From Mobula hypostoma (taxonomy: Eukaryota), in contig NC_086109.1 of the NCBI RefSeq assembly GCF_963921235.1, positions 17,052,001 to 17,116,000 on the forward strand: a stretch of 64,000 bases of DNA, in the 5' to 3' direction. The notes beneath the pieces were generated by a model that searched no databases, was not told where the DNA came from, and saw only the letters and a program-made list of their open reading frames with translations. The translations under genes were made by a program, and so were the position numbers. The stretch's first letter is position 1. Each line of letters begins with the position of its first letter. Positions 50,421 to 63,101 of this stretch are shown here, one piece after another.

Positions 50421-53400
50421 CCTTTCAATTAAATCATCACTTATATATCATTAAATCATTTTTCTTTGTCTTCTTCCAAATTCTATAATAGTTTTAGTTA
50501 TAAAAGATCCATGAATCTATTCTTTCATACCTACGCGATAGAAACTTTGACAGCAGCTTTATCTGAAGATTGACATTTATGGTCTGGTGTCAAAGGAGGT
50601 AAATCTGTTTAATACCAGTTTTCATGGTATAGAATTGTTATAGTGCAGAAGGAGTCATCCCACGGAGTCAGTCCTTCTCCATCTAGGTGTTTACAGTACC
50701 TGACTTCTCAAAAAACAAAGTTAACTGCGAACCTCTTTCACCCATCTCTCTGTTTCCTCTTTAAAGCCAGTGCAATTATGTTTTTCATTCTGTTCTTACA
50801 GCAGATTTTTAACATTGACACTAATCTACCAGACATTACAATCAGAATCAGGTTTAATATCACCGCCATATGTCGTGAAATAATGCAATACATAATAATA
50901 GACAATTATAACAATTATAAAAAGTTATTTTTTTCTACTCGTGTTGGAATTCAACGCTAGTGGAAATCTTTGCGTACAGAGATTTTTACTCCCTCACGTT
51001 GTGAGATGGATGTAAGATTTAATTAAATTCTATAAATTCAATTCTCCAGAACAACTGGAATCTTAGGGCGCTGAAGATAAAGTGTCAAGATAGTATTACA
51101 AACAACTTCCAGACAAGAAGATTGTGCAGTTTTCACCACTTTCTTTGAACATGTTTATTGAATAGGTAAAGAAATAGATGGTGGTGTCCCGGGGAAAAGA
51201 AAGCTTGTTTGACCGTCAGAATTACACCAGTTGAATAATGTAGAATCTATTATTTTCCTGTTGATTCGAAGAGTTTAAGGGAATGGGAAAGCATGGGGCC
51301 AGAGGAGTTCGAGATAATACATCTTCCATCAGTTTATCCAATGAGAGCAGGAATCCTTATCTCTCATATTGTATATCATTTATTTCTAATATTACATAAC
51401 AACCAAAACAATTACCTTAGTAGGCAGATCAAAACCAATCTGCACTGCACTTATTTCAAATTTCAGATTCATTAATTTATTTGCCACACATTCCAACATA
51501 AGCATGCCCACAATGTTCAGCAGGACAATGGCATCAAGGCAAACCCCATTCCTCCCTCTCATCCGCCCACCCACTCATTCACACAGACAGTCCCCCAACC
51601 TCCACTGGACTTGCAGACTCACAAAAATCGGCCTTCGTCTTCCCCCGTGGATTCGGACACCCCTGGGCTTCAGCCATTGGACCTTGACTTTTGGACCTCT
51701 GATCTACCTTTGGGCTTCGATCTTTGGTATCGACCCCAGAACTTGCTGCAGAAAATATAACAGGGTCTTCTAAGCTCTTGAGTACTTCAGAGTCTACATG
51801 TTAAAAGATTAAGTTTGGTTCTTTATCAAAATCCACTCCTTATGTTCATCCTTTCCACCTGCTTGTAACCTTTCTGAACAATAGTGTTTAGACTTATCCC
51901 CATTACATCCACCCCCAGAAACATGGCCTTCCTGCATTGGTTGGCCAAGGTATGAGGCATCAGCAAGAGTGAGGTGGGTTCCCATTCTTACATTTTACCT
52001 CCCAATAAAACCTTAGCAAAAACCCCATAAAAATGGCAAGTGGAAGGAACAGTCTCCATCATTACATTTCATTTCTCTCACAATGGGGTGCTTGTGATAG
52101 CCTTATTAGGATGGGTAAAACTTAACAAGCAGAAAAATTTAAACATCTAAAATATTTTAAGAATGTCTTTATTAGATTATTAGATTTTTTATTAGATAAA
52201 TAATATTGTGGTAATATTTTGTTCCCTGTTGAATCTCTGTGTTGTTTCCCTTGAGGATACACAGCCCCATTTTACCTCAGCTATCCTCAAAGTTGACAGG
52301 TCACGGTTATTGTACCAAGTAGGGCTTGAAATCGTAACCTTTTATTTTTGGGTCTCAGCCCAAAACGTCTCCTGTTTATTCCCCTCCGTAGATGCTGCCT
52401 GACCTGCTGAGCTCCTCCAACATTTTGTTTATTTATTTATTGAGGTACTACTACTACTACGTCAACTCAGGCCTAGGTAGCCGGCGTCGGGCAAAATTTA
52501 TTGAAGTACAGTGTGGAATCTTCAAGCCATGTCACCCAGCAACACCAACCCCCAGACTTAACCCTAGCCTAATCATGGAAAAATTTATTTTACAAAACCC
52601 ATGCTGTCACAGGGAGAACATACAAACACCTCGCAGGCAATGGTGGGATTTGAACCCTGAACTATAAAGCATTGTACTAACCACCATGCTACTATGCTGC
52701 CCCATTTTGTGAGTGTTGCTCAATATTTCCAGCATCTGCAGAACCTTTTGTGTTTACTTTAATGCTTATCAACATAATACGGAGTCAGGATAATAGAATT
52801 CCCAAACACTGATCACAAATTTACTGTATAAACGAAGCCATTCTGGCACTTAAGCAGTAATTCTGGATACTGGTACCACTAAAGGGATTTGTCATTCAGG
52901 GTCTAGATCTCAAGTAACCACTGGTGTGTGAAGCACGCACTACAATGCTGTACTATCCCAGAGGAAGATTCACCGTTGCAGGAAATTGTACACCATTTGG
53001 GGCACTCAGTTATAATTTGCACAAGTATTACCTAGAACTTAGAGCAGAAATTGTATTTGGTCCCAGCATTATTTGATTTATAAGAAGAAAATGCTGGAGA
53101 CTAGATAGAAATAGTTAAGATTTCATTATGTTTTTTTTTAAATTTAACACTATTAGTCTCTGTTAATGCTCCGCACAAGTTTCTTTTCATTGGATGTAAT
53201 CACCATACTCTCCAGTGCAAAAAAAAATAAACTGCTGAAGGAACCCAGAGGGTCAAGTGGCATTTTTAAAGATTAGCTTGACTTGCCGCATCAAAACATG
53301 ATGAAATGCATTGTTAGCGTCATCATTTGCAATGTGTTGCCGCCGTCCACAAGTGTTGGCATGTTTCCAGCGCCAATGTAGCGTGCCTACAACTCGTTAA

Positions 53401-53617
53401 ACCTAACCTGTATGTCTTTTTGGAATGCGGGAGGAAACCAGAGCACCCAGAGGAAACCCACGCATGCACAATGAGAGCGTACAGTCTCCTTATGGACTGC
53501 AGCAGGAATCGAACCCCAATCTTACAGCTGGCACTGTAAAGAATTACACTAACGGCTGAGTTACCACGCTGCCACATTTGTGGGGGCAAATAGCGTTTCT
53601 GAGACCTCAGCTATTCC

Positions 53618-54007
53618 GTCGTCATCGTCGTGGCTATCCCTCGAGGTCGAGGATGATGGTCTTCGTTCTGAAGAAGTGGCCCACAGAGCAAAGACACCTG
53701 TGCGTGTATTTGTTTAACGTGTACTTGATGTTGCACTCCAAGAAGCACACGATACTTCACAAATCAACCAACTGATTCCAATGGCATGGAAACCACGATG
53801 ATTGGATTTGTTGCAGCCTTCATCTGCCTTCACAGCCGTTGAGTTCGAAGTAACTTCGTCCGCCTGTTCCATTGTTGAGGTCTTGGTTGGATTGTTCTCT
53901 GTCCGGGACCTCACCCTCGACCTTACTGCCATGGGTGACCCTATCAGAAGCATAGCTGCAGACGGCATCGCTCTCAGGATCACAGGACCACACGTGCTTC
54001 TCCACCA
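53618..54007 (-). mobile_element. Bipartite RTE-derived non-autonomous retroposon with 12-bp TSD
   Basis: Expander-like 5' end joined to an RTE-type 3' end (ccatcatcctcgacctcgagggatagccacgacgatgacg); TSD ctcagctattcc at 53606-53617 and 54008-54019. Confidence 0.75.
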
Positions 54008-54324
54008 CTCAGCTATTCCATTGCTTCCACAGATGCTGGCTGACCTTCGATGTTCCTCAAGCAGTTCATTACAGCATCTGCAGTCTCTTCTGACTCTATC
54101 CTTCCGGGGAAATGTGGCTGGCAATAAAGGGAAGCACATGGTAGTGCGATAAACTACCATATCAGAAGGAGCAAACTGCATGCTGCTTCATACAAAGGAT
54201 TACTAATTCCTGGACACTAGTGGAGCTGATGGATATTGGACAGGGTGGGAGAGTGGAGTGGAGGTGGAATATCAGCTCAGTGTTATTGTTTGAGGTGGGA
54301 TGAGAGTTTGGAGCATGAGGTTAG

Positions 54325-56000
54325 TATAGCACAGTACAGGCTCTTCATCCACAATGTTGTGCCGCCTTCTCAACCCCTATCTAAGACCAACCTAACCCCC
54401 ATCTGTCACATAGCCCTCCATTTTTCTTTCAACCACATGCCTACCTAAGAGTCACTTAAATGTTCCTAAGTCTCTACCACCAGCCTGGCATGATGTTCCA
54501 CTGACCCACCTGTCTCTGTGTGAAAAACTCCCTCTATACGTTACTCCAATTTTTCTTAAACGTATGCCCCCTCGTATTATCCATTTCCACCCTGGGAGAA
54601 AGTCTTTGGCTTCTTATCATCTTGTACATCTCTATCAAGTCACCTCTCATCCTCCTTTGCTCTAAAGAGAAAAGCCCTAGATTGCTCAAACTATCCTCAT
54701 AAGACAAGCTTTGCAATCCAGGCTGTATTCTGGTGAATCTCCTCTGCACCCTCTCTAGAGTTTCCACATCCTTCCTATAATGAGGACACCAGAATTGAAC
54801 ACAATACTCCAAGTGTGGTCTAACCAGAGTTTTATAGAGCCGCAACATTACCTCGTGGCTCTTAAATTCAATCCCCCAGATTCTTGTCAGATGGTGATGA
54901 GATGATGTACAGGACCAAAATAGAGATAGATCAGCTGGTTTAGCGGTGTCACAGCAACAATCTTGCATGCAACATCAGTAAGACCGAAGAATGGATTGTG
55001 GACTTCAAGACGAGGGAGCACACAGAAGTCCTTATCGAGGGATCATTAGTGGAGAGAGTAAACAATTTCAAGTTCCTGGGTGTCACCATCTCTGAGGATC
55101 TATCCTGGGCCCAACATATCGATGCAGTTACAGAGAAGGCACAACAGCCGCTATATTTCATTAGGACATTGAGGTGATTTGGTATGTCACCAAGGACACT
55201 CAGAAATTTCTACCGATATACTGTGGAGAGTATTCTAACTGGCTGCATCACCGTCTGGTATGGGGGGGGGGCGGGTGTGGAAGCGGTCCCTGCATGGGAT
55301 TGAAATAAGCTGCAGAAAGTTGTGAACTCTGCTCCATCATGGGCCCCAGTGTCCAGAACATCTACAAGGAGTGTTGCCTCAGAAAGGCAGTGATATTGTT
55401 AAGGACCCCATCACCCAGGATGTGCCCTCTTCTCATTGCCACCATCAGGAGGAGGTACAGGAGCCTGAAGGCACACTCTCAGTGATTCAGGGACAGCTTC
55501 TTCCCCTCTGCCATCAGATTTCTGAATGGATATTGAACCCATGAACACCACCTCACTACTTTTCTTCTCTTTTTGCACTATTCATTTAATTTAACTATTT
55601 AGATATACATGTATTTACATAATTTACAGCTTTGATTGTGTATTGCAATGTACTGCTGTAGCATAACAAAAAAATTTCATGACATATGCCAGTGATATTA
55701 AACCTGATTCTGATTCTGATTAATGTAGGCCATCACACTATATGCCATCTTAACCACCCTATCAATTTGCACGGCAACCTTGAGGGATCTATAGACCTGG
55801 GCCCCATGAGTCCTCTGTTCCTCCACACAACCGAGAATCTTCCCATTAACTTTGCATTCTGCCTTCAAATTTGACCTTCCAAAGTGAATCACTTCACACT
55901 TTTCCAGATTGAATCCCATCTGTCTTTTCTCAGCCCAGGGCTGCATCCTGACAATGGCCTGTTGTAACCTATAACAACCTCACAACACACCACCGACCTT
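54325..56000 (-). mobile_element. CR1 fragment split by a Rex1 insertion (54880-55720, + strand)
   Basis: CR1 ORF pieces at 54534..54880 and 55725..55946 flank a Rex1 RT fragment ending in (GATTCT)n. Confidence 0.8.
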
Positions 56001-56688
56001 CCAATCCTCCAAATGACCAGATTCTGGCCATTTTGTCTGTGGAGGGATGATTCCTGTTACAACAAAAGCATTAGGGGGAGGTCAGATAATTAAGTCCAAT
56101 ATTCTCAGTATTGTTTTAGCAAAAGAAACTGAATCCAGTGCACTCCGGGACTTCTGACTTCCAACAAGCTGCTGAACAAAGGGCATACAGTGACATGCAC
56201 CAGCCTTCCAGCAGATGTCACTGTGCAGCAGATGTGGTCGTCATGGAGAGTCAGAGAAACTTGGGATAGAGAATGATTCCACTCCGTTCAATATCGCTGG
56301 ACCTGAATACTGGAACCCCTTTCTTCACTGCAACTTCATCAAGAAGCTGGGATTTGTGCGAAGGTGGATTCAAAATGCTATATTTATCCCAAAGTGAATG
56401 TTCCACCCTCCATCCTTTTAGTTGAGCTGATTTCTGATAGCAACTGAGTTGGCTGTTTCTGAGCTGATGGGCAAGAACACCTATCAAATCCTGGAAGCTA
56501 CAAAGTCAATGGCAGAAAGTTGCCTTTAACTGTCTACAGATTGTAATATCTCTGATCTGGAATTTAAACTAAACGATGACTGTTCATAAGAAAGAGGGGT
56601 AGGAATAAGACATTTGCTTCTTCGAGTTTGCTCCATTGTCTTTCAAAACATAGCTGATCTTCCACCTCAGCACCATTTTGCATATCTA

Positions 56689-57001
56689 CGAGGGCTGATT
56701 GATAAGTTCATAGCCTAAGTTAGAAGGAGTCAATTTTAGAAAACCTAGCACATTTATTTTTTAGCATAGTCCCCTCCTACATGTACACACTTAATCCTGC
56801 AGTCGTGGAGCATATGGATCCCTTCTTTGTAGAAGTGGTCCGCAGCAGGGGTGATTGGTAAGTTTGTGGCCTAAGGCAGAAGGGGTTAACTTCAAACTTT
56901 CTGCAATATCACTGAAAGAGTTGAACTGCAAGTGCGTGTAACGAGAGCTGTATAACTCATCTCCTCCTACCTTAGGCCACGAACTTATCAATCACCCCTC
57001 A
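56689..57001. mobile_element. Mariner-type MITE
   Basis: TA|cgagggctgattgataagttcatagcctaag...cttaggccacgaacttatcaatcacccctca|TA. Confidence 0.85.
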
Positions 57002-57456
57002 TACTCATGACATAGAAGGAAGCCATTCAGCCTGCCAAGTAAATACCAGCTTTGTGAGCAATCTCGTTCTCCTACTTATATTCCTGTAACTAACTCCCTC
57101 ACTCATGCACCATCACAGCCTCTTGATTCTTCCACCAGCTTGTTACACCAGGAGTTCTTTACAGAAACCCATTAACCTAACAACCTACACTAAGCCTATA
57201 TCCCTTGATTAAAAATCCAGAAACCTACCGATGCAAATTCACACCTTTCTGGGCAGAGAATTCCAAAGGCTCATATCCTCTGCACAATGGGATTTCTGTT
57301 CGTCTCAGTCCCAAACAGTGTTCGGCTTATTCTGAGACAGTTCTCCCCAGTCAGGTGAAGCCAACTCCCATGTCTTGTTTATTTAGAGGTACCGTGCAGA
57401 ACAGGCCCTGCCTAGCAACCCACCAATTTAACACTAGGCTAATTACCATCATTGTG

Positions 57457-57760
57457 TTGGCACGTGGCCAAGTGGTTAAGGCGTCGGTCTAGTGATCTGA
57501 AGGTCGCTAGTTCGAGCCTCAGCTGAGGCAGCGTGTTGTCTCCTTGAGCAAAGCACTTAACCACACATTGCTCTGCGACGACACCAGTGCCAAGCTGTAT
57601 CGGCCTTAGTGCCCTTCCCTTGGACAACATCGGTGGTGTGGAGAAGGGAGACTTGCTGCATGGGTAACTGCCGGTCTTCCATACAACCTTGCCCAGGCCT
57701 GCACCCTGGAAACCTTCCAAGGCGCAAATCCATGGTCTCATGAAACTAACGGATGCCTAT
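57457..57760 (+). mobile_element. tRNA-derived SINE nested in a V-SINE remnant
   Basis: tggccaagtgg A box and gttcgagcc B box; the host element resumes at 57765. Confidence 0.85.
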
Positions 57761-58282
57761 ATTAATTACAGGACACTTTACTATGACCAATTAACCTACT
57801 AACTGATACATCCTTGGACTGCAGGAGGAAACTGGAGCATCTAGAGGAATCCCACGTGCACATGGGAAGGTCGTCCTCTTCTTACAGAGGACGTCGGAAA
57901 TGATCCCCATAACAATTTTCTAAGTTGCAATGACATCACCTTAACCTTAAAGAATGTAGCTCTAGAATCAGAAACAGAACCAGGTTTAATACTACCTGCA
58001 TATTCATGCTCCTGTACGTCATCCCTGGCGGTAGTAATGAGGGCAGGGGATGGGGGTCCTAAATGATGAATACCGCCATTTTGAGGCATCGCCTTCTGAA
58101 GATGTCCTCGATGCTGGAGGGGCTAGCGACCATGATGAAGCTGGCTGTGCTTACAATTTTCTGATCTTGTGCGGTGGCCCCTTTCTACCAGATGGTGATG
58201 CAACCAGTAAGAATGCTCTCCACATTACACCTGTAGATTTTTGCTGGAGTCTTTGGAGCCATACCAAATCTCCTCAAATTAC

Positions 58283-59885
58283 CATAAGACAAAGGAGCAG
58301 AAGTCGGCTATTCAGCCCATCGAGTCTGCTCCGCCATTTTATCATGAGCTGATCCATTCCCCCATTTAGTCCCACTCCCCCGCCTTCTCACCATAACCTT
58401 TGATGCCCTGGCTACTCAGATACCTATCAATCTCTGCCTTAAATACACCCAGTGACTTGGCCTCCACTGCCACCTGTGGCAACAAATTCCATAGATGCAC
58501 CACCCTCTGGTTAAAAAAATTTCTTTGCATTTCTGTTTTGAATGGGTGCCCTTCAATCCTTAAGTCATGCCCTCTCATACTAGACTCCCCCATCAGGGGA
58601 AACAACTTTGCCACATCCACTCTGTCCATGCCTTTCAACATTCGAAATATTTCTATGAGGTCTCCCCTCATTCTTCTAAACTCCAAGGAATACAGTCCAA
58701 GAGCGGACAAACGTTCCTCATATGTTAACCCTCTCATTCCTGGAATCATTCTAGTGAATCTTCTCTGTACCCTCTCCAATGTCCGCACATCCTTTCTTAA
58801 ATAAGGAGACCAAAACTGCCCACAGTACTCCAAGTGAGGTCTCACCAGCGCCTTATAGAGCCTCAACTTAACGTCCCTGCTCCTATACTCTACTCCTCCA
58901 GAAATGAATGCCAACATTGCATTCGCCTTCTTCACCACCGACTCAATCTGGAGGTTAACCTTAAGGGTATCCTGTACGAGGACTCCCAGGTCCCGTTGCA
59001 TCTCAGAACTTTGAATTCTCTCCCCATTTAAATAACAGTCTGCCCATTTATTTCTTCTGCCAAAGTGCATAACCATACACTTTCCAACTTTGTATTTCAT
59101 TTGCCACTTCTCTGACCATTCTTCCAATTTATCCAAGTCTCTCTGCAGACTCTCTGTTTTCTCTGCACTACTGGCTCCTCCACCTATCTTTGTATCATCA
59201 GCAAACTTAGCTACAAAGCCATCTATCCCATAATCCAAATCGTTGATGTACAATGTAAAAAGAAGCGGCCCCAACACTGACCCCTGTGGAACACCACTGG
59301 TAACCAGCAGCCAACCAGAATAGGATCCCTTTATTCCCACTCTCTGTTTCCTGCCAATCAGCCAATGCTCTATCCACGTATGTAACTTTCCTGTAATTCC
59401 ATGGGCTCTTATCTTGTTAAGTAGCCTCATGTGTGGCAACTCAAAGGCCTTCTGAAAATCCAAATATACAACATCCACTGCATCTCCCTTGTCTAGCCTA
59501 CTTGTAATTTCCTCAAAAAATTGTAATAGGTTTGTCAGACAGGATTTTCCTTTAAGGAATCCATGCTGAGTTCTGCCTATTTTGTCATATGCCTCCAGGT
59601 ACTCTGTAATCTCATCCTTGACAATCGACTCCAACAACTTCCCAACCACCGATGTCAAGCTAACAGGTCTATAATTTCCTTTTTGCTTCCTTGCCCCCTT
59701 CTTAAATAGCAGAATGACATTTGCAATCTCCCAGTCCTCCGGAACCATGCCAGAATCTATCGACTTTTGAAGGATCATCGCTAATGCCTCTGCAATCTCC
59801 ACAGCTACTTCCTTCAGAACACGAGGGTGCATTCCATCTGGTCCGGGAGATTTATCTATCTTTAGACTATTCAGCTTCCCAGTTA
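58283..59885 (-). mobile_element. 5'-truncated CR1 LINE with a 522-aa open RT region, inserted into a Rex1 remnant
   Basis: KSPGPDG...GVPQGSVLGP...FADD...GYGEKAGEW; Rex1 pieces on both sides (57970-58282, 59890-59990). Confidence 0.93.
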
Positions 59886-60530
59886 CTAATGAGATACAGC
59901 CACTGTTCTGCCTTCTTTGAAATTGCACTAACATGTAGGGCCCAGGGTAGATCTTCAGAGATCCAGGAACTTAAAACCTCTTACCCTTTCTACTTCTTTC
60001 CTTTCTAGTGTATTCCTATGGAAAACTCTTGCCGGCAACCACCTTATTCCAAATCACGAATGAACAAAGTACAATTTTGTCAGTTTATGTCGCAAACAGT
60101 GCAAGTATCAGCAAAGTGATCACGTTATTTTCTTTTCTAGAAACATAGAGAACTCAGTCCATGGCACAAATGGTGGTTGCTAGTGACAAAAATAGCAAAA
60201 CAGAATATTAGGGTCAATTTCATTCTTCTGTGCTGTTCGTGCTAACCATAAGGAAGTTTGTATGCCTCCTACCCTCTGCACACTTCAGTTTCAGCTTTGC
60301 TATAATTATCTTGGCGGATTGACGAATATTGTACTCCAGAGAGATCGTTGAATGATTATCACTGTGTAAGTAGTGTCAGCTTCCCGTTAACTAACAGTAT
60401 GTGGAGCCTCCGTTCCTGGTTCCTGCTCCTTCTGGTGGGGATTTTGGGACACCACATCAAAGAAGCTGTCAGCAAGCTGAAATCTGTGCACACAGCAAAC
60501 TGTCTACCCACCAAAACACAAAATAATCAT

Positions 60531-61200
60531 AAACACAAGAGGTTCTGCAAATCTTGAGCAATACGTGCAAAATGCTGGAGGAACTCGGCAAGTCAGGCAA
60601 CGTCTATGGAGGGGATTAAATGACTGATGTTTCAGACTGAGATCCTTCATCAGGCCACCAGGTTTCTGCCAGAAATATCAACTGATTATTCCCGTCCAGA
60701 GATGCTGCCAGATTTGCTGAGTTCTCATCCCGTGTGCATTACATATACCGTCTAGGTAGTCTCCAGCCCCTTGGTATGAACATAGAATTCTCCAACTTCC
60801 GGTAGTTCCCTCCCCCTCCCTTCCTCTATCCCTATTTCACTCTGCCCCCTCCCCCAGCTGCCTACCACCTCCCTCATGGTTCCACCTCCTTCTACTACCC
60901 ACTGTGTTTTCCCCCATTCCTTCTTCACCTTTCCTGCCTATCACCTCCCTGCCTCCCTTCCCCCACCCCTTTATCTTTCCCCTTACTGGTTTTTCACCTG
61001 GAACCTACCAGCCTTCTCCTTCCCACCCTCCCCCCACCTTCCTTATCAGGCCTCTGCCCCTTCCCTCTACAGTCCTGACGAAAGGTTCCGGCCCGAAACG
61101 TTGACTGATCGTTTCCATGGCTGCTGTCTGACCTGCTGAGTTCCTCCAGCGTGTTGTGAGTGTTGCTTAGACCTCAGCATCTGCAGATTATTTTGTGTTT
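60531..61200 (+). mobile_element. Penelope-like element 3' end with inverted 5' pseudo-LTR
   Basis: ORF end IYRLGSLQPLGMNIEFSNFR*; inverted termini aaacacaa/ttgtgttt; TSD acaaaataa(t/c)cat at 60518-60530 and 61201-61213. Confidence 0.85.
61070..61107 (+). ncRNA. Minimal type I hammerhead ribozyme motif
   Basis: cagtc-CUGACGA-aaggttccggccc-GAAA-CGUU-gactg; helix I cagtc/gactg; core boxes intact. Confidence 0.75.
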
Positions 61201-61221
61201 ACAAAATAACCATTAGTGTGA

Positions 61222-61990
61222 CAGAATCAGAATCAGGTTTAATATCACCGGCCTGCAGTATGTCATGAAATTTGTCATCTTTGCGGCAGCAGTACAATGC
61301 TTTACATAATAACAGGAAAAAAATGTGAATTACAGTAAGTACAAACTTCAAAGTAAGATTTATTATCAGCGTACATACACGTTACCACATACAACCATGA
61401 ATTTCTTTTTCTGCAGGCATACTCAGCAAATCTATACAACAGTAACTGTAAACAAGCTGTGCAAATACAGATATAAATAAATAGCAATAATTAATAAGCA
61501 TGAAATAACAATATAACAGAGTCCGTAAATGAGTGTAGCTATCCCTTTTTGTTCAAGAGCCTGATGGCTGAGGGGCAGTAACTAGTCTTGAACCTGGTGG
61601 TGTGAGTCCTGAGGCTGTGTGAATCTGTACCTTTTACCTGATGGCAGCAGCGAGAAAAGAGCTTGGCCTGGTGGCAAGGATCTTTAATGATGGGAACTGC
61701 TTTACTACGGCAACGTTTCATGTAGATGTGCTAAATGGTTGGGAGGGCTTTTCCCGTATGTACTGGGCCGAATCCACTACCTTTTGCAGGATTTTTCACT
61801 CAAAGGCATTGGTGTTCCCATACCAGGCTCTAATGCAGCCAGTCAGCACACTTTTCCACCATACATCTATAGAAGTTTGCCAAGGTTTTCAATGACATGC
61901 TGAATCTCCAGACTCCTGAGGAAGTAGACACACTGTTGTGCTTTCTTTGCAATAATATTTATACGATGGGTCCAGGACAGGTCCTCTGTG
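61222..61990 (-). mobile_element. Rex1/Babar LINE 3' fragments
   Basis: RT C-terminal remnant and (GATTCT)n tail on the minus strand. Confidence 0.75.
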
Positions 61991-62199
61991 TATCCCGGAT
62001 CGGCCCCTACAGACACCTGACAACCCATCAATAGACAACCCCTTAGAAGAAAATTGTACTCAAGTGATCACCTACTACTATTACTACAATGGAGAGGGCG
62101 TGGGGGGGGGGGGAGTTGATGTTATTCTCACCATTTTTTCTGTGAGGGAGGGGGTTGGGGATTTGGGATTTTTGATGTCCAACTGCCATTTGAATTGAA

Positions 62200-62480
62200 T
62201 TGAACTGAATTTGAATTGAATTTATTTAAATCTTACATCCATTCAACAACGTGAGGGAGTAAAAATCTTTGCGTTATGACTCTGTCGCAATGTACAGATG
62301 TGTGAATTTATCAGTCCTAACAGCTCGTAGGAAGAAGCTGTCCTGTAGCCTGTTGGACCTGGCTTTAATGCTGTGGTACCGTTTGCCAGATGGAAGCAGC
62401 TGAAACAGTTTATGGTTGGAGCAACTGGTGCCCCGACAATCTTCCAGGCCTTCTTTATGCACCTGCTGCTGCAAAGTGGG
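62200..62480 (-). mobile_element. Rex1/Babar 3' fragment, same subfamily as 380-872
   Basis: Near-identical HKLFQLLPSGKRYHSIKARSNRLQDSFF. Confidence 0.8.
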
Positions 62481-63101
62481 CAATCTATGTTTTTGTGTGA
62501 GGGAGGACATGGGGGGGGGGGTGTTCCTTTTCCTTTTTTATGCTGGTGATTGGGGCGGGGGAGGAGTTGAGATAATGTCTTTTCTTTCAACAACTCCCAT
62601 GTTTTTTCTATGTATTGCATGGCTATCTGGAAAAGATAAATATCAGAGTTGTATTGTACATGCATACTTTGACAATAACATGAACCTTTGAACCATTTTA
62701 GTTATAGTATACACCCAGCCATAAAACAGCTCCTCTCCTCTTCCTAACTTGCCCAAATCCTACTCTGAACCTTTGAGCATTTATTCCTTTCCAAGGAAAA
62801 ACCTTGGATCTATATTCCCACGTCATACTTTGTTTTCTGACTTCCTATTCTTCCTGAATAAATTGTAGCTAAGGATTCTAAGTTCACAATCTTCACTTTG
62901 TTATGTAAGGTCTTCATTCTTTTCTATCACATCATAATCCCCTCAGTAATTTCTACCTGCACTCCACGAAACCTTATTAACCATACTTTATGCACACCAT
63001 TGTCTACCTTATAATTTTCCTCACCTGATCTCTCCTGTTTCAAAACTACTTTATTTCATTCCGTGTACTTTCCCGTTTTTAGTTTATATGTTCAAAGTAG
63101 G

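Noticed and set aside
57457..57530. Possible tRNA gene (also at 14095-14166 and 30851-30925)
   Set aside because: These are tRNA-like heads that continue into SINE bodies, with no T-run terminator or complete cloverleaf
13315..61200. CRISPR-like or prokaryotic system suggested by recurring palindromes
   Set aside because: The repeats are dispersed retroposon copies in intron-containing vertebrate DNA, with no repeat-spacer periodicity or cas genes
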